A DNA stretch of 63,471 nt, counting the filler, from Sluysia triapertura (taxonomy: Eukaryota): the NCBI GenBank assembly GCA_046118255.1. It is 4 parts of 4 records of this genome, joined end to end, with 100 filler letters (N's around TTAATTAATTAA, not from the genome) between each part and the next. Parts side by side here need not be neighbours in the genome. Positions count along the whole stretch, not along the records: positions 1 to 24,116 come from JBJNIA010196263.1; positions 24,217 to 37,787 come from JBJNIA010032047.1; 2 more parts are not named here. The stretch is one strand, 5' to 3'. Numbering within the stretch: position 1 is the first letter of the stretch; the number at the start of each line of letters is the position of its first letter. The notes beneath the pieces are model-generated. The model did not search any database. It was not told where the DNA came from and saw only the letters and a program-made list of their open reading frames with translations. Below, piece after piece: positions 11,471 to 24,217 of this stretch. The translations under genes and the position numbers were made by a program.

Positions 11471-13084
11471 TATAAAATGATGAAATTGCTGTATTGTTGG
11501 TTGTTTATAAATTTTGAAAGAAAGATTATTAATAAAAGCTTTGTTATCGTTTAGGAAAATAAAATTTTTAATTTTTAATAATATAATCAACAAATTACCA
11601 AAATCTTTAATATAAAAATGGGTCTTAGGGACCCTTACTTTATCAAAATTAAATTGGTAAATAAAACAATAAGTTTTAGTTAATTTATTATATACGACAC
11701 AACTTTTAGACATAAACTTTTCAGAACAAAAATCAAGAGAATAAAATTGCTTACTAATGACAAATATAAAATTTGATAAATTTGATAAATTTTGACGTTT
11801 ACAAACATTGTCTGACGAGCCGAGTGAAGCTGGAAATGTTGATAATAAATGATAACGAATAGAATGACAACATGTTGATTGATAGAATTAATGTTATTAT
11901 AATTATGAAGATGAGCAATAATACGATAATCATTGTAATAAATAAGAGTGGATGAGTAGTATCTAAATGATTTTGGTATGTACGTTCGCGTAGTATTAAA
12001 TGGTCACTTTTACTAATATTATATTTTGGTATATACATTTTGTTTGGTACTAAATGTTCATTATTACTAATATTACTAATAAGTCTGTTGTCTAAATCGT
12101 GATCAAATCTAGGATATTTATGGTTAGAACGATGTGAAGTACCTCGTTTACAATTAAGAGAAAATTCAATTCTTTAAGAAAATACATATAAATCATTACC
12201 ATAACGATTACGTACATCTTGAGCATAACGTTTATCATTAAAAACAACAAAAATAAAATGAGGTTCATTAAGAATTTTAATATCTCTATCATTTTAAAAG
12301 TGTAATCTTCTTCTACTATAAATTTAGAAGTAACTTTAGCTTTGAGTTAATTTAAACTTTGAGGTAAAAACTTTAAGTCTACAGAATCTGTAGTTTTATG
12401 CTTCGAAAAGATTTCCACAAGATTAATGAATGATTCTAACCAATTCCTCAGTTTAGGTTTTGTCCGCACGGTTCTTATGCTGTTTACATCATCATCATTA
12501 CAAGATTCATGATCATCCAACTTAAAATTTTCGGTCGCACTATAGATTTCGTGTTAGTGATCAACATTATTTAGTCGTGATCGTGTTGTTGTGATGGTGT
12601 TTCTGTTATAACTGATGTCGCAGCTTCTGGTTTAACATTTATTGTCAAGAAATATTTCGAATAGAAAATCAGAGACTTCTTTTTTAGAAGTATGAAAGAT
12701 CTTGTAACCCGGTGCGAGAAGTTACGTTTATACTAAAGATATAAAAATAAAAAAATTGCGAGAAGACAATGAGCACTCTGATTAATAAAATAATTTTTAT
12801 TAGACGTTTGAAATTTTGTAAGGATGAGTGGTACGATGTTGCGATTGATGTGGATAAAATTTGTTATGACATATTTTTTGTGATGAGGTTTATGTGATAT
12901 GTAGGTAGGTGTGGGCGTCCATGTGTAGGTGTAGGCCACCACAATCTTCATCGTATTGTATATTCAAAGAAACATCTTCTGGTTGTATTCTTGAATTATC
13001 TACTTCACCAACTTCAATTTCTGGCTTTAATTCTGATGCATCAGTCTGTTTATTCTGTGGATAACTTGTCCCAAATAATTCCAA
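11456..13084 (-). pseudogene. Decayed intronless coding region(s) of unknown family
   Basis: Chain of co-oriented minus-strand ORF fragments (12890-13084, 12733-12951, 12092-12292, 11799-12038 with a hydrophobic segment, 11456-11713) with locally raised GC. Confidence 0.35.
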
Positions 13085-16000
13085 ATATCCACCGAAAAAT
13101 ATTTAGACTCAAGTGTTACGATAAAAAGAATAACAAACCTTGTGTGATGACCTATTCAAAAGTCTTTCACTTTCTAACAAAAGCAAAAATTAAAATAATA
13201 TTGAAACAAAATCAATATAGCCTAATGAGACCAATACTAGTAATTTTAAATTACATAGTTATGGCCAATAACACTTCGAAAAATAAAACAAATTATAAAA
13301 ATTATTCTTGGAAATAATTCTCAAGATCAATGAAAAACAACAATTTATTTTTTGGATGGAAAATTGTTTCAAACAAATTAAAACTGACTACACTGGACCA
13401 CTCTTAAATTCGACAAAAATATAATTACATAACGCGAAAAAGTTATTACTAGCACATGTTTAATTTAGAGTTAGTAGAGCATAAAATGTTTTACAAACAA
13501 ATTCTGATTCAACATTTAAGAATAAATAAATGTACATAATGGAATGATAAGCATATAAATGACACCTTATATACACTATTAAAATTAAAAGTTTTGGTGT
13601 GCTGCTAAAGTGGACGAAGATGGCGATATCAACAAAACGTACTTATGATAATCTTGTAGTAAATTATTAGAATTTATGATGATCTTATATATTAGTGATC
13701 CTGTTGTTTGGATTTTATAGCCCGTATGAAATGTGGTGGAGTTATAAGGTGGATGGAATGTTAATAAGTGGGGTTGATGTGAATTATGTGTTTGTATTTC
13801 TGCTTGTTTAGCAACAAAGCGAAGTATACTACATCCACTTAATAATTTATTTTGTTATATAAGAAAATATTTGTTTAAAATAAATTTTAAATTTTTTAAA
13901 TGGCTAACTACCAATAACAATATGTATAGTAAGATCTATCAAACATAAATTTTTGACAAAACTTCTTATAACGTAAAAACATAAATTTTCACGAGCAGAA
14001 TTAAATCGAAACGAATCTGTACTCGTACTCCTATCCAGGTATTCAATGACTTTGATTATTACATGGTCAGGAACCGCGCCAGTCCTTTCCCAATAATAAT
14101 TATTTCAAGTTTCACATTAAAATAGTCGTAATGATACAGCCAAAAGACTTAACTCCGGAATTAGAATTTTTTTAATGTATCCGGACGTTTTCATTATTTT
14201 TTGAAAAACATCAATTTATTTTTAATTTTTATTCAACATTCCAATATTGAGAATTAATTAAAATTTGACTTTGATCCAAATTAAGACTTTCCTTGATTGA
14301 ATTCGGTCGAACCATAGCTTCATAGAAATGTATTTTAAAACAAATACATATACAATTAAACTTTGAAACGTACATTTAGCTAATTAAGTTAATATTTTAG
14401 TTTATTAATCTATTTTGAGACCTAAGTTTACTTTATGTATAAAGGTTTTAAAGTTATTCAGTACTTTATAATTCACTCAGGGATTCTAGATGATTTCAAT
14501 TTCACTACTTCTTTATGTTAACTAACAATGTATCAAATTTATCTTTAATATGAATAACAATGATTTTATTTCTCAAATATTTATAAATTTCGAATATTTT
14601 ACTCCAAAGTCTCTACGATTCTCAAATGTTAATTGCTATCAAAATTCGAATTTCAAAGGTATTCAAACACAGCAAAACATTTTCTAAACTCCTCTCAAAA
14701 CTTTCTCAGATCTTCCAAAGGTATTCTTCATTATTCAAAATTATAATAAATGTTTTCATCTTCATCATTGTTTCTCCAACAATATCTATTTATTCTATAT
14801 CGATATCCTTCGTATCTCCCAATTCTACAGCCCAATAATTACAACATGTATATGAAGAATTATAATGTGCCAAGTGTCATTCTGTCATTGAATTTTTATA
14901 TTATTTATTAAATGAAGTACTTCAGAACTTTGTAAAGCTGTTTTTTTTAAACTTACCGAGATTTTTACGATATTTTAGGTTAATTTTCTCAAGATTTATA
15001 TAAAATCTTCTCAAAATTTCCTATAAAATGAACGTGACACAAAACGAACAATAAAACTTTTTATGTGCGTGACTGTGACTTAAAAATTCCTGTTTAATGG
15101 TCAGTTTTGAAAGCTCTTTTTATTATATATATTCCATTTCGGATAAATAGGATACATACGATATAAAATTGTAATAATTTTACTTATAATTGATAATTAA
15201 ATTCGAAATAAAAGAATAGTTATGTGATATGTAAATTTAAATTAAAATATTTAAATTCAAACATAAAAATTATTTTAATATTATTTATATTTTAATCAGA
15301 CATTGTTAATATAAAAGTATTATAAATTTTATATAAAATAACGTAATAAAATGTTTAAAATGTTTAAAATGTTTCTACATGCAGTTATTTCTCTCAAAAT
15401 GGCCAACCTGGGTTTTTTATTTTTTGGCCAATTTGAAAAGAACTATTTTAAAAAAAGTTTAAAATTAATATACTTTTTAAACTTATAATGAGAATTCTGA
15501 GATACCCCTAAAGAAAAAACGAGGTATAGTGTTTTTTAAAAAAATTTAAACTAAAATTTAAATATAAGCAAATTTTCAAATTTTTTTATAAAATTTTATT
15601 GATGTTTTTCTTTGTTATCATATTTTGACCTTATTATAATTTATTATTGTTTATTGACATTGGTTTTTAAATTTCTGTTTTTCTGTACACTTCATTTTCT
15701 TTGAATATGAGATTTATTTATAATAAGATTTGTATATTTTTCAAAAGAAGCATTTAAGATGTTTTCAGTTTTTATTGTAAAGTTACTAAGATATTTTAGT
15801 TTTATTTTATTAGGATTATTCTAAATTGTTTTCAAATTTCCATGTAATTAAACATAATGTAAGAGAATATTGACAGGTCTATCAAGTGTCACAACTATTA
15901 GATTCATCCTGATAAAATATTCTATTGTGATCTTTTCAATTGCTTCATTATAGTTATGCTCTATTAAAATTGAGTAATACAATAACTTTTATTGTTCAAA

Positions 16001-16174
16001 TTTCAATAACAAAAATTATGGAGATAGATCTACATATATTATCTATTTCTATTTTATTTTATAAAATTGGTATATAATCGCATTGCAAATAATTCAGAAG
16101 TATTAAAATATATAAAATATGCATATTATATTAATGGAATTTATTATATAATTTAAACAATTTAAGTTAATACT

Positions 16175-16753
16175 ATGTTGATTTTTATAATAAAAATAAT
16201 AATAATTCTACTAGAATTATCAATTACAGAAGCTTGTCCAAGTCCGTATACGTTATTGAATAATGTTTGTTATTTGATAATTAATCAAAAAGTTAAATAT
16301 TGCGAAGCTGAAAGACTTTGTGTTGAAAATAAAGGTTCTTTGGTGTGTCCAGATCAATTCAATAAACTTAGATTTACAAATTGGTATTGGAGTGGTGTGA
16401 ATGATTTAATGTTTGAAAGATATAATAGTAAATCTAACTGGATGTGTGTGAATGGTTCAATTGTAAATACAGATAATAATTGGTTTTCGACTGATCCTAA
16501 TAATTACAATAATGTGGAACATTGTGGATCAGTCAAAATAAACAAAATGTATGATTCAAACTGTGATTCATTATATCAACCTTTATGCTACTACGTAGGA
16601 TCAGAACCATATTCTCTGCGACTGGTTCTAAGTCCTATTATTAATTATTATGAAGGATCTTATGACAACTGTTTCGAAGAATTTTCTATAAATTCAAATT
16701 ATGAATGCGCAATAAAGTTTGATTTTAGTATTTACTTTAGCATTTCGTTTTAA
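16175..16753 (+). CDS. Secreted C-type lectin domain protein (3' end may be spliced or degenerate)
   Basis: N-terminal signal peptide; CPSPY..CY; AERLC; WYWSGVND; W.C.NGS; WFSTDPNN..EHC; YDSNC..PLC = long-form CTLD. Possible donor GTTTGA at ~16717. Confidence 0.85.
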   Translation: MLIFIIKIIIILLELSITEACPSPYTLLNNVCYLIINQKVKYCEAERLCVENKGSLVCPDQFNKLRFTNWYWSGVNDLMFERYNSKSNWMCVNGSIVNTDNNWFSTDPNNYNNVEHCGSVKINKMYDSNCDSLYQPLCYYVGSEPYSLRLVLSPIINYYEGSYDNCFEEFSINSNYECAIKFDFSIYFSISF

Positions 16754-16846
16754 AAATAACAATTAGGAATAATAAGAAAGACTGCATAAATATTATTTCA
16801 GTAAAACATTTAAAAAATAATTAATTAAATAATTGTGATGTCATGT

Positions 16847-17375
16847 TTATTATTTTTATTTTATAAAACTAGATATCCATGTTGATTAATTTGATTATAA
16901 TGCATGCTTAAATATAGTAATGTATATGAAAGAATTACAATAACTACTGAAATAAAGTCAGAAACAAATGAAGATGAGTGACAAGTTTGTGGTGTCTATG
17001 TTCGAGATAAATAATCAATAATTCTTATCAATAATTGCAAGTGATGTGATTTATAATTTAGTTTTTCAAATATAACACTTTATATAAATTCAGATATATA
17101 AATTACAGCGTTTATTATTTTTATTTTATAAACTAGATATTCATATTTGTAATTGTATTCTAATTTCAATGTGATGCATGTTTAAATGTACTAAGGTATT
17201 TGAAATTATTACAATAATTTCTGAAGGAAAATATATCATATAATACAAATCAAGAAATCAAGGATAAAATGGATATGAGTGAAAAGTTCATGGTGTCTCT
17301 GTTTGTGATAAATAATCTATAATTCTCTTGAATAATTGCATTTCTGGTCATAATAAATTTAAGTCTTCAGATATA
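16847..17375. repeat. ~264-bp diverged tandem duplication
   Basis: Both copies start TTTATTATTTTTATTTTATAAA(A)CTAGATAT (16847, 17111) and share TGCATG.TTAAAT, ATGAGTGA.AAGTT..TGGTGTCT and GATAAATAATC.ATAATTC. Confidence 0.8.
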
Positions 17376-17489
17376 TCAATAATATAGCAAAACCATCATG
17401 AAACATTAATATCACAAAAAAATAAAGTACTAAATAAACAACAAACTCACATTCAATTATTCATCACCTTATTTACTATTACTACTACT

Positions 17490-17990
17490 GTTAAATTTGC
17501 ATTATCGACGAAGTGAAAGTATCGCAGCAATTGAAGGAATCGGTCTTTCATCATATATTCCGTAACAAATTCAGTGTGTATCATTTCTTTATTGTATGTT
17601 TATTTTACTTGAAGCAGTAGCATTGCTAAATCGAAGAAGGTATATAATTCATTCGAGGTTGTGTTGATCCATTTCTTTTATTTTGTACTTCCATTATTAG
17701 CACAATAATTGAGTAGTTATTTGTTTCATTTCCAATAACTTGCATAAGATCTTGATGAAAAAACTTCATAAAATAAGCGCATTCTTCAGTACTATCCATT
17801 ACATCAAATGCGGGTGAGATCTCTCATTTTTGTTATTAAAATTGCAAGTTGTAAGTGTATAATTGTATACAATTAGCCAAGTAAAACTGCCCATCATTGT
17901 TTCTTCATCATTATCGCTGCTAGTATCACTACGATCACTACTCTCTATTTCACTCAGGTATTCTTTTTCATCACTACCTGAATCAGCAAA
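17490..17990 (-). mobile_element. piggyBac-family transposase remnant (N-terminal part)
   Basis: Minus-strand translation has an acidic leader (SDEKEYLSEIESSDRSDTSSDNDEE), then KWINTTSNELYTFF and HTEFVTEYMMKDRFLQLLRYFHFVDN, the typical piggyBac M..DRF...LR..HF.DN motif. Frameshifted. Confidence 0.75.
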
Positions 17991-18335
17991 GCGCTGTTAT
18001 TTTGATGCAGTAAAATCACAAGAAGTTGACGGAAGAGCAATAGTATAAAAATAACGGTAACGACTGACATCGAAAAATACAGAAATCCGAATGAAAGTAA
18101 TGAAGCAACGAAATTAGTAAATTATTTTTACATAATCATAGTTTCGTACATCGATAATTTTAGCTACGGAGTAGACGTGATACAAACAAATCTAAGATAT
18201 CTTATCACAATGTAGACACTTCATATACAGCTGAGATTATGTGTTATGTAACTTTATGTCAAGAAAGATAATTCAGCTCATATCAGGTATGAAACATATA
18301 AAAGATGCTTATTATTTACACTTTTACTCGATAAA

Positions 18336-18510
18336 GATAAAGTATATTATTTATGCTGTGTTACAAGACATCACGAAAAAGATAAAACATATAGCAAAGA
18401 TTACAAATGCTCTGTTATAAGTGGTCACGTAATAGATAAATCATATAGTAAACATTATTTAAGCTATGTTACAAATGATCGCGAAAAAAATCATGTTGCA
18501 TAAATTATTT
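18336..18510. repeat. ~54-bp diverged tandem repeat, ~3 copies, GATAA-rich
   Basis: Units start GATAAA at 18336, 18381 and 18435, each with ATTA...GCT.TGTTA.AA...TC.CG.AA. Confidence 0.7.
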
Positions 18511-19039
18511 ATATAAGAAATATTGTATATGTTGAATTTCTAAATCAAGATCTTCGTCATCGTTCATCATTCGAATTTAATGAACACTCCTACTCATATG
18601 AACAACATAAGCACTTAAGAAGGTAGACTAACAATAACTAAACAATTTCTTATCACTATCTGAATATATAAATTCAAATTACGATAGCGCTTGCAGTCTA
18701 TCAATAAAACATTTATGAAATTAAAATCTGTAATGCGACTTTATTATCGATAATGATAATTATTTATGGTTATAAACCGTTATAATTTTTCTAATACTTT
18801 GTACAAACACAGCACTTTTGTTTCTTATTATTATCTAAACTAAATTCTCTGTAAAGAAAACTTTTCAATGTCTTCCCATATTTTAAAGTTTAATTTAATC
18901 ACAGTGAGCGTCTAATTTTTTTAGCTCTATACAGAGATACATCTAATAAGCAATTTAATAGAATGATTATTTCATATATTATCTCTTTTATTTGAATTTT
19001 ATGTAGATATCGTTTGAAGTTTTTATCAACGTTACTTGG

Positions 19040-19763
19040 AATTTACTATTTCACTGGAATTTGCCTCATAAATAGTACTAAGTAAAACAAATAACGACAT
19101 AATGCCAGTACTACCTTTAATAATGAATTATCGAACCATATTGGTTCAATGAAAACATTTTCAAAATTCTATTTACATTCAAAATTATTATTGATATTTT
19201 TATTTGACTTATACTATCAATATTCGATTTGGAATAATCAATATGAAATAAGATATTTTTCATTTAAAATTAAACATGATTTCGGAATTGTTATTTTTGG
19301 TAATCAATATTTTACCGATAATGTAATGTAGTATATTTTACATTGATATCGAAATAAACTAATTATCGATTAAATCTTTAGCCATATCTATACAATCAGA
19401 ATAGCAGTCCCAATGAATCAAAATTAATCCTTTACGTCAGGTCCAATTTATTTCATTTAATTTATCGATACGCTTCTTTTCTGTTTCTATTGAACTAAAT
19501 GTCTCACTTTTATCAATTGAAAACCTATAAAAATCGACACCATAGTCATTAATTTCAGAATTCAAAACTTCCGAATAATGTATATCTTTCACAAATTCTT
19601 CGTTTTGAACACTTACTTTCAAAATTCAGTAAGTAGTTGTCACTATGTGATTTCAAATAACAATTAGATAACTTTTCCTAGACAAGTGACTTAACTTCCA
19701 TAGTCAATTTAGTCTTATCAGGTTTAGGTTCTTCTGGTTTTTTTTCTACTAATTTCCAACATG
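19040..19763 (-). pseudogene. Decayed ORF of unknown family
   Basis: MLEISRKKPEEPKPDKTKLTMEVKSLV* followed by ORF 19437-19622 and further in-frame text beyond its stop; no recognisable domain. Confidence 0.25.
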
Positions 19764-21815
19764 TTTAAAATATACATAAAATTTAAAAATTTTTAAAAAT
19801 GAATCATCTTTTCACTATTAAAATGCAAACAAAATTACATTTTTTTACATAAATTACGTACACGAAAATAAAAATATAACAATTCATGGAAATAAATGAA
19901 AATAAATTTATGAAATATAATTAAGATAAAACTGAAATAATTATACAAATTTAACAATATCGCTTTAGAAATATTTGGAGATCATTATTTACGAAATGTA
20001 TTTCTTAGAACCACGTTGGAAAAGGTTTAATCAATTTCGCCAAACATAAAATTTATAATTATTTAACTAACGTAAGATTCTTTGATTTAAGTGAATATGT
20101 TCTGCAAAAAATAAAGCAATTCGTAAATATTTACATGATTATAATGTAAATGAAATTTATTTTACGTATAAATCCGTGAGTTCTTTCTGTTTTGTATTAA
20201 TTTGGCAACTATGACTAATAAAAACTGATGATAATTGATCATGTTATCATGAACGAAAATGAAAACCATTTGAATATTTGACAGTCAAATAAACATCTTC
20301 AACAAAGTTCATTTTCATATTGTTCATAGTTAATTTAGATATAACAGAATGTAAACTCACAAATCGAATTAAAATATTTAATTAAAATATTGGATTTTGA
20401 TTATTAGTGGACATATGATGTCAGTGGTAATAATAATAATGACGACAAACGTGAATTATAATATAAAGTAAAAGATCTCTAATATAAGACTGTTTAATGA
20501 ATAAATAGCATTATGAATTACTTAATTGTGAATGAATACATAATGAATAAAATGTAAAAATTGAATAAAATATTGACGAATATAATTCAACTACTTATTA
20601 ATTAACAAAATTTTGATACTTCTATTTCATTTCAAATAATTCATAATACTAAGTTAAATAAATTACAAATTGTTTCATTCATGTTTTATTTAATTAGAGT
20701 TTATTTTAATTCAGATGCTTCGCTTTAGGTCGATGTAAATCGATTTACTTCAGTGATAATTTGAAATTGTGTATCCTCAACCGCTATGTTGGATCTAGAT
20801 TATCGAAAACTTTATTTCAACGCACTACAGATTGGATATGGTACAAAGTGATATTCTAACTTAGTTGACTTAATTAATAATTTTTTCTTAGATGTTTTAC
20901 TTAAATTAACCTTGATATTATATATTCAAAACCATTTGCAATATTTATTGTTGTAATTAAATTTTAGATGTTCAAGTTATGATTTAATTTTTGTGAAATA
21001 AACTTATGTCAAAATAAATTAGATGCATGAGTTTATTAGATACAACAGTGCTTACTACTCGTTCTTAGTCTCTCGCTATAAGCGAAAACAGTTTACAGTG
21101 TAAGTTTCAATAAAACATAACCAATCATATAATAATCTGTAACGATTACATTTCATACATTATTCCATCGAGAGTATAATTTCCATTAGTACAGAAGATG
21201 TATTACTATTTCCTTGACTATAATTCTTTTAATACTTATTCCGTATTCGTACACCAATTCTCTATTATTATACGCTATTTTCATTTATTACATCATTCTT
21301 CTTGTTTTGTTCTTATTCGATACAGAAATTATTACAATTTGTCCATCTTATCTCAGTATATCCAATGTATTTTCAACATAATGTTTCTTAACATCATTTT
21401 CGACACTTTGAATTAAATTTTGTATTTCAGTTTAGGGAGGTGGTATGTAGACACCGGTTTGAAGTGATAATTTTGTGAATATGTAATAAATTTAGGGTTG
21501 TAGTTTTTTGTCTTTCATTTAAAGATTTTGGTTCAAACTCAATAGATGGTTCTAGAAATTTGGTTTCGAATAACTTACAACAATCTGTGACTTCGTAATT
21601 CTTAAGTATCGCGTACTTGGTTAAAGAACTTATATAGTCAATAAAAAGAAAATAGTTCGTATCTTTTGTTCTATCTTACATTTGATTAATCGGTCGAAGT
21701 TTTGATGTAATGTTTGAATTATGAATAGTTATCATAACGTAAAATAGAGAGGTTGGATGAATGAGAGAAGTAGTTACTATTAGTTTTAGCATATTCTAAT
21801 TGACAATTATTAATG

Positions 21816-23188
21816 TTACCACAAATATAAGTTTATGCTTACAATTTTTGTGGAAATTATTACTTTATGTTCCCAGATTATCTCTCTCTGGTACTCTTTA
21901 TAAAAGCGAAATAATCGTATCAATGATAAAAATAAGTTTAAAATAATTTTTTTACCACTAAGAAAAAATAAATAAAATTTAATTAACACATTTTTATTAC
22001 ATACCACAAATTGTTTATGTTTGAAATTTGAACATTCTATTGACTGGAGTTTGTTCTGTACTATACTCTGTTGCATCACACCGATCTTAAGTCTAAATAT
22101 ATTATCTAAAATATAAAATGTTATAAATCCAAAATCAATTCTTACATGCAATACCCAATCGTGAACAAACTTCCTAATAGACTTCCGTAGCTTCATTGAA
22201 CTCTTTGAATAGTTTCGTTAACAATCGATGATGTCGATAAGTGTTGGCCAGACATAAATAAATTAATTATTAAAACTCGAATTATAGTGAAACACTTTAA
22301 CATAACTTCTTTTATCTCTAAGATTGAATATACACTTGATCTCCAATTACGACTTTTCAAAGCATGATTCAATAGATGAAACAAATAAACCAAACTACTC
22401 TTATCTAATAAATCTGAAGAACTTACTAACTCGGGATCGACATATGTGATACTTAGGAGAGTTGATAATTTACTTCTATTTTGCTCACAATGAATCAATG
22501 ATTTTATGATTACAAAGAATTTCTTTTCGAACATTACAATTAAATTAACTTTTTCTTTACGCAATGATGGACTATGGATAGTTGACAGAAGATCTTTTAA
22601 CGCGTTGAAACGTTTCTGGTTAATTTTTCCATTTACATGAACTAACACATCATTTTTGGGGAGTTTATGATATATCTTCAAAAAATGATCGTTTTTGTGC
22701 AGATTTTTGCCGAAGTCATCAGATGCATCAAAGTGATTTAATAAAATGATTATAAACTTTATAATAAAACGAAAAGGATTACTTCGAACATTTATCATAT
22801 TATAACTTTCTAATAGGAAATCAAAATATGATCTTAACCAATTTCTAATTAAATCATTTGGGTTAACTCGTGTCAATGTTTCAATATCTGTTTGTTGTAG
22901 TTTATCACGAGAAGTAAATGTAATTTTATTATTTTGAAATACGCAGCGTTGACTGTACACAAGACATAGAACATTGAAAAGGTCTTCATTATTATAGATT
23001 TCTAAGTCATCTTTAGATAGTTTTAAGTTGTCTGATTAATTAGTTGAGGTTTGATAAGTTTGATTAATTTTCTGTTGAACTCGCTGGACTGGTAATTCTT
23101 CTCGTTCAGGTTTAGTTGGCGAAATTTCGTGGCTAGATAACGATACTAAATGTCGATCAACTTTTGTAGTGTCTAAAATTTCTTCCAT
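21816..23188 (-). pseudogene. Long intronless ORF of unknown family, interrupted by one stop and one frame change
   Basis: ATG at 23188 is in frame with ORF 22193-22960 apart from one TAA at ~23037. ORF 21816-22196 overlaps its stop (ATGA). About 455 codons in total. Confidence 0.5.
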
Positions 23189-24116
23189 GAGGATTAATTG
23201 ATCTTTTCACGATTAGAAATCCAGAAATAATAAGACAATTAAAAATTTTATTTTTTACCAAATTGTTAAAAAAATGTCTAATCTTTTTTGTTGTTTATCT
23301 GAAGATAATTGTTGTGCCAACTTTTCTTTTTATTGGCGATTTTAATTTAACTATTTAATAATTTAACTATCTTTAGTTATGGACCGACGTTTTGGTTGGC
23401 TATCTTGTCACGACTTCCAATTGATTAGACTGAATAATATCAGTCGTGATTGCAACATTTTAATTTTTATGATTAACCATCATCAATATTGACGCATTAA
23501 TAAAGTAGTGGACAGGGTGTCAATGTTGATGATGACGACGACTAAAATGATTTAGATTATGTTTATAAAGATAGCTTGATGATTGACAATAATAATAATA
23601 ACAATAATATTGTTATTATTATATAAAGAATAACTCGCATAAATCTTTCTTTTTAAAATTACACGAGCTTTTTTTTCGAATTCTTTATTCCTTCTAACAT
23701 ATTAAATAAAAAAGAAAAGAAAAACAATTGGTATTATGTGAAGGAACGACGGTAACTTGGTATACTGTGCTTCAGTTATCGTTGTTTCTTCATCATTAAA
23801 GAAATAAATTCTTTAAAACCATATAAAATTTGTTTTGGATTTTTGAAGATAAAAATGATTTAATCTTTAAGTGAAACAAAGGATATTAAAATAAATTCTT
23901 GAGATTTATTAAGGTTTAAAATTAAATACGAGATTCATGCTTTGAATATAATGGTTTGAAAGGCTTGTTAAAAGGTTATGTTTTATTAAATTTTTTAAAA
24001 CAAAATTACAAAATAAATGTTTGCGTATTTACTATGTTGTTGTAAAAAGTTGAGAATGATTATGTGTAGATGAAGTGAGTTTCACTTAGTGTAATTGAGT
24101 CGAGGTTGTAACATAA

Positions 24117-24216
24117 NNNNNNNNNNNNNNNNNNNNNNNNNNNNNNNNNNNNNNNNNNNNTTAATTAATTAANNNNNNNNNNNNNNNNNNNNNNNNNNNN
24201 NNNNNNNNNNNNNNNN
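24117..24216. other. Assembly gap with six-frame stop linker
   Basis: 44 N + TTAATTAATTAA + 44 N. Confidence 0.98.
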
Positions 24217-24217
24217 T

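Noticed and set aside
21431-21452. PPT-like AGGGAGGTGGTA followed by TGTAG (similar on the minus strand at ~52262-52280)
   Set aside because: No upstream element ORFs on that strand and no definable LTR.
1644-23188. Stop-codon reassignment (TAA/TAG = Gln) to explain in-frame stops
   Set aside because: Stops co-occur with frameshifts in decayed regions, while intact genes use CAA/CAG freely and end at TAA/TGA.
24161-24172. TTAATTAATTAA within each N-run
   Set aside because: Identical in all three gaps and centred in exactly 100 nt: an artificial six-frame stop linker, not biology.
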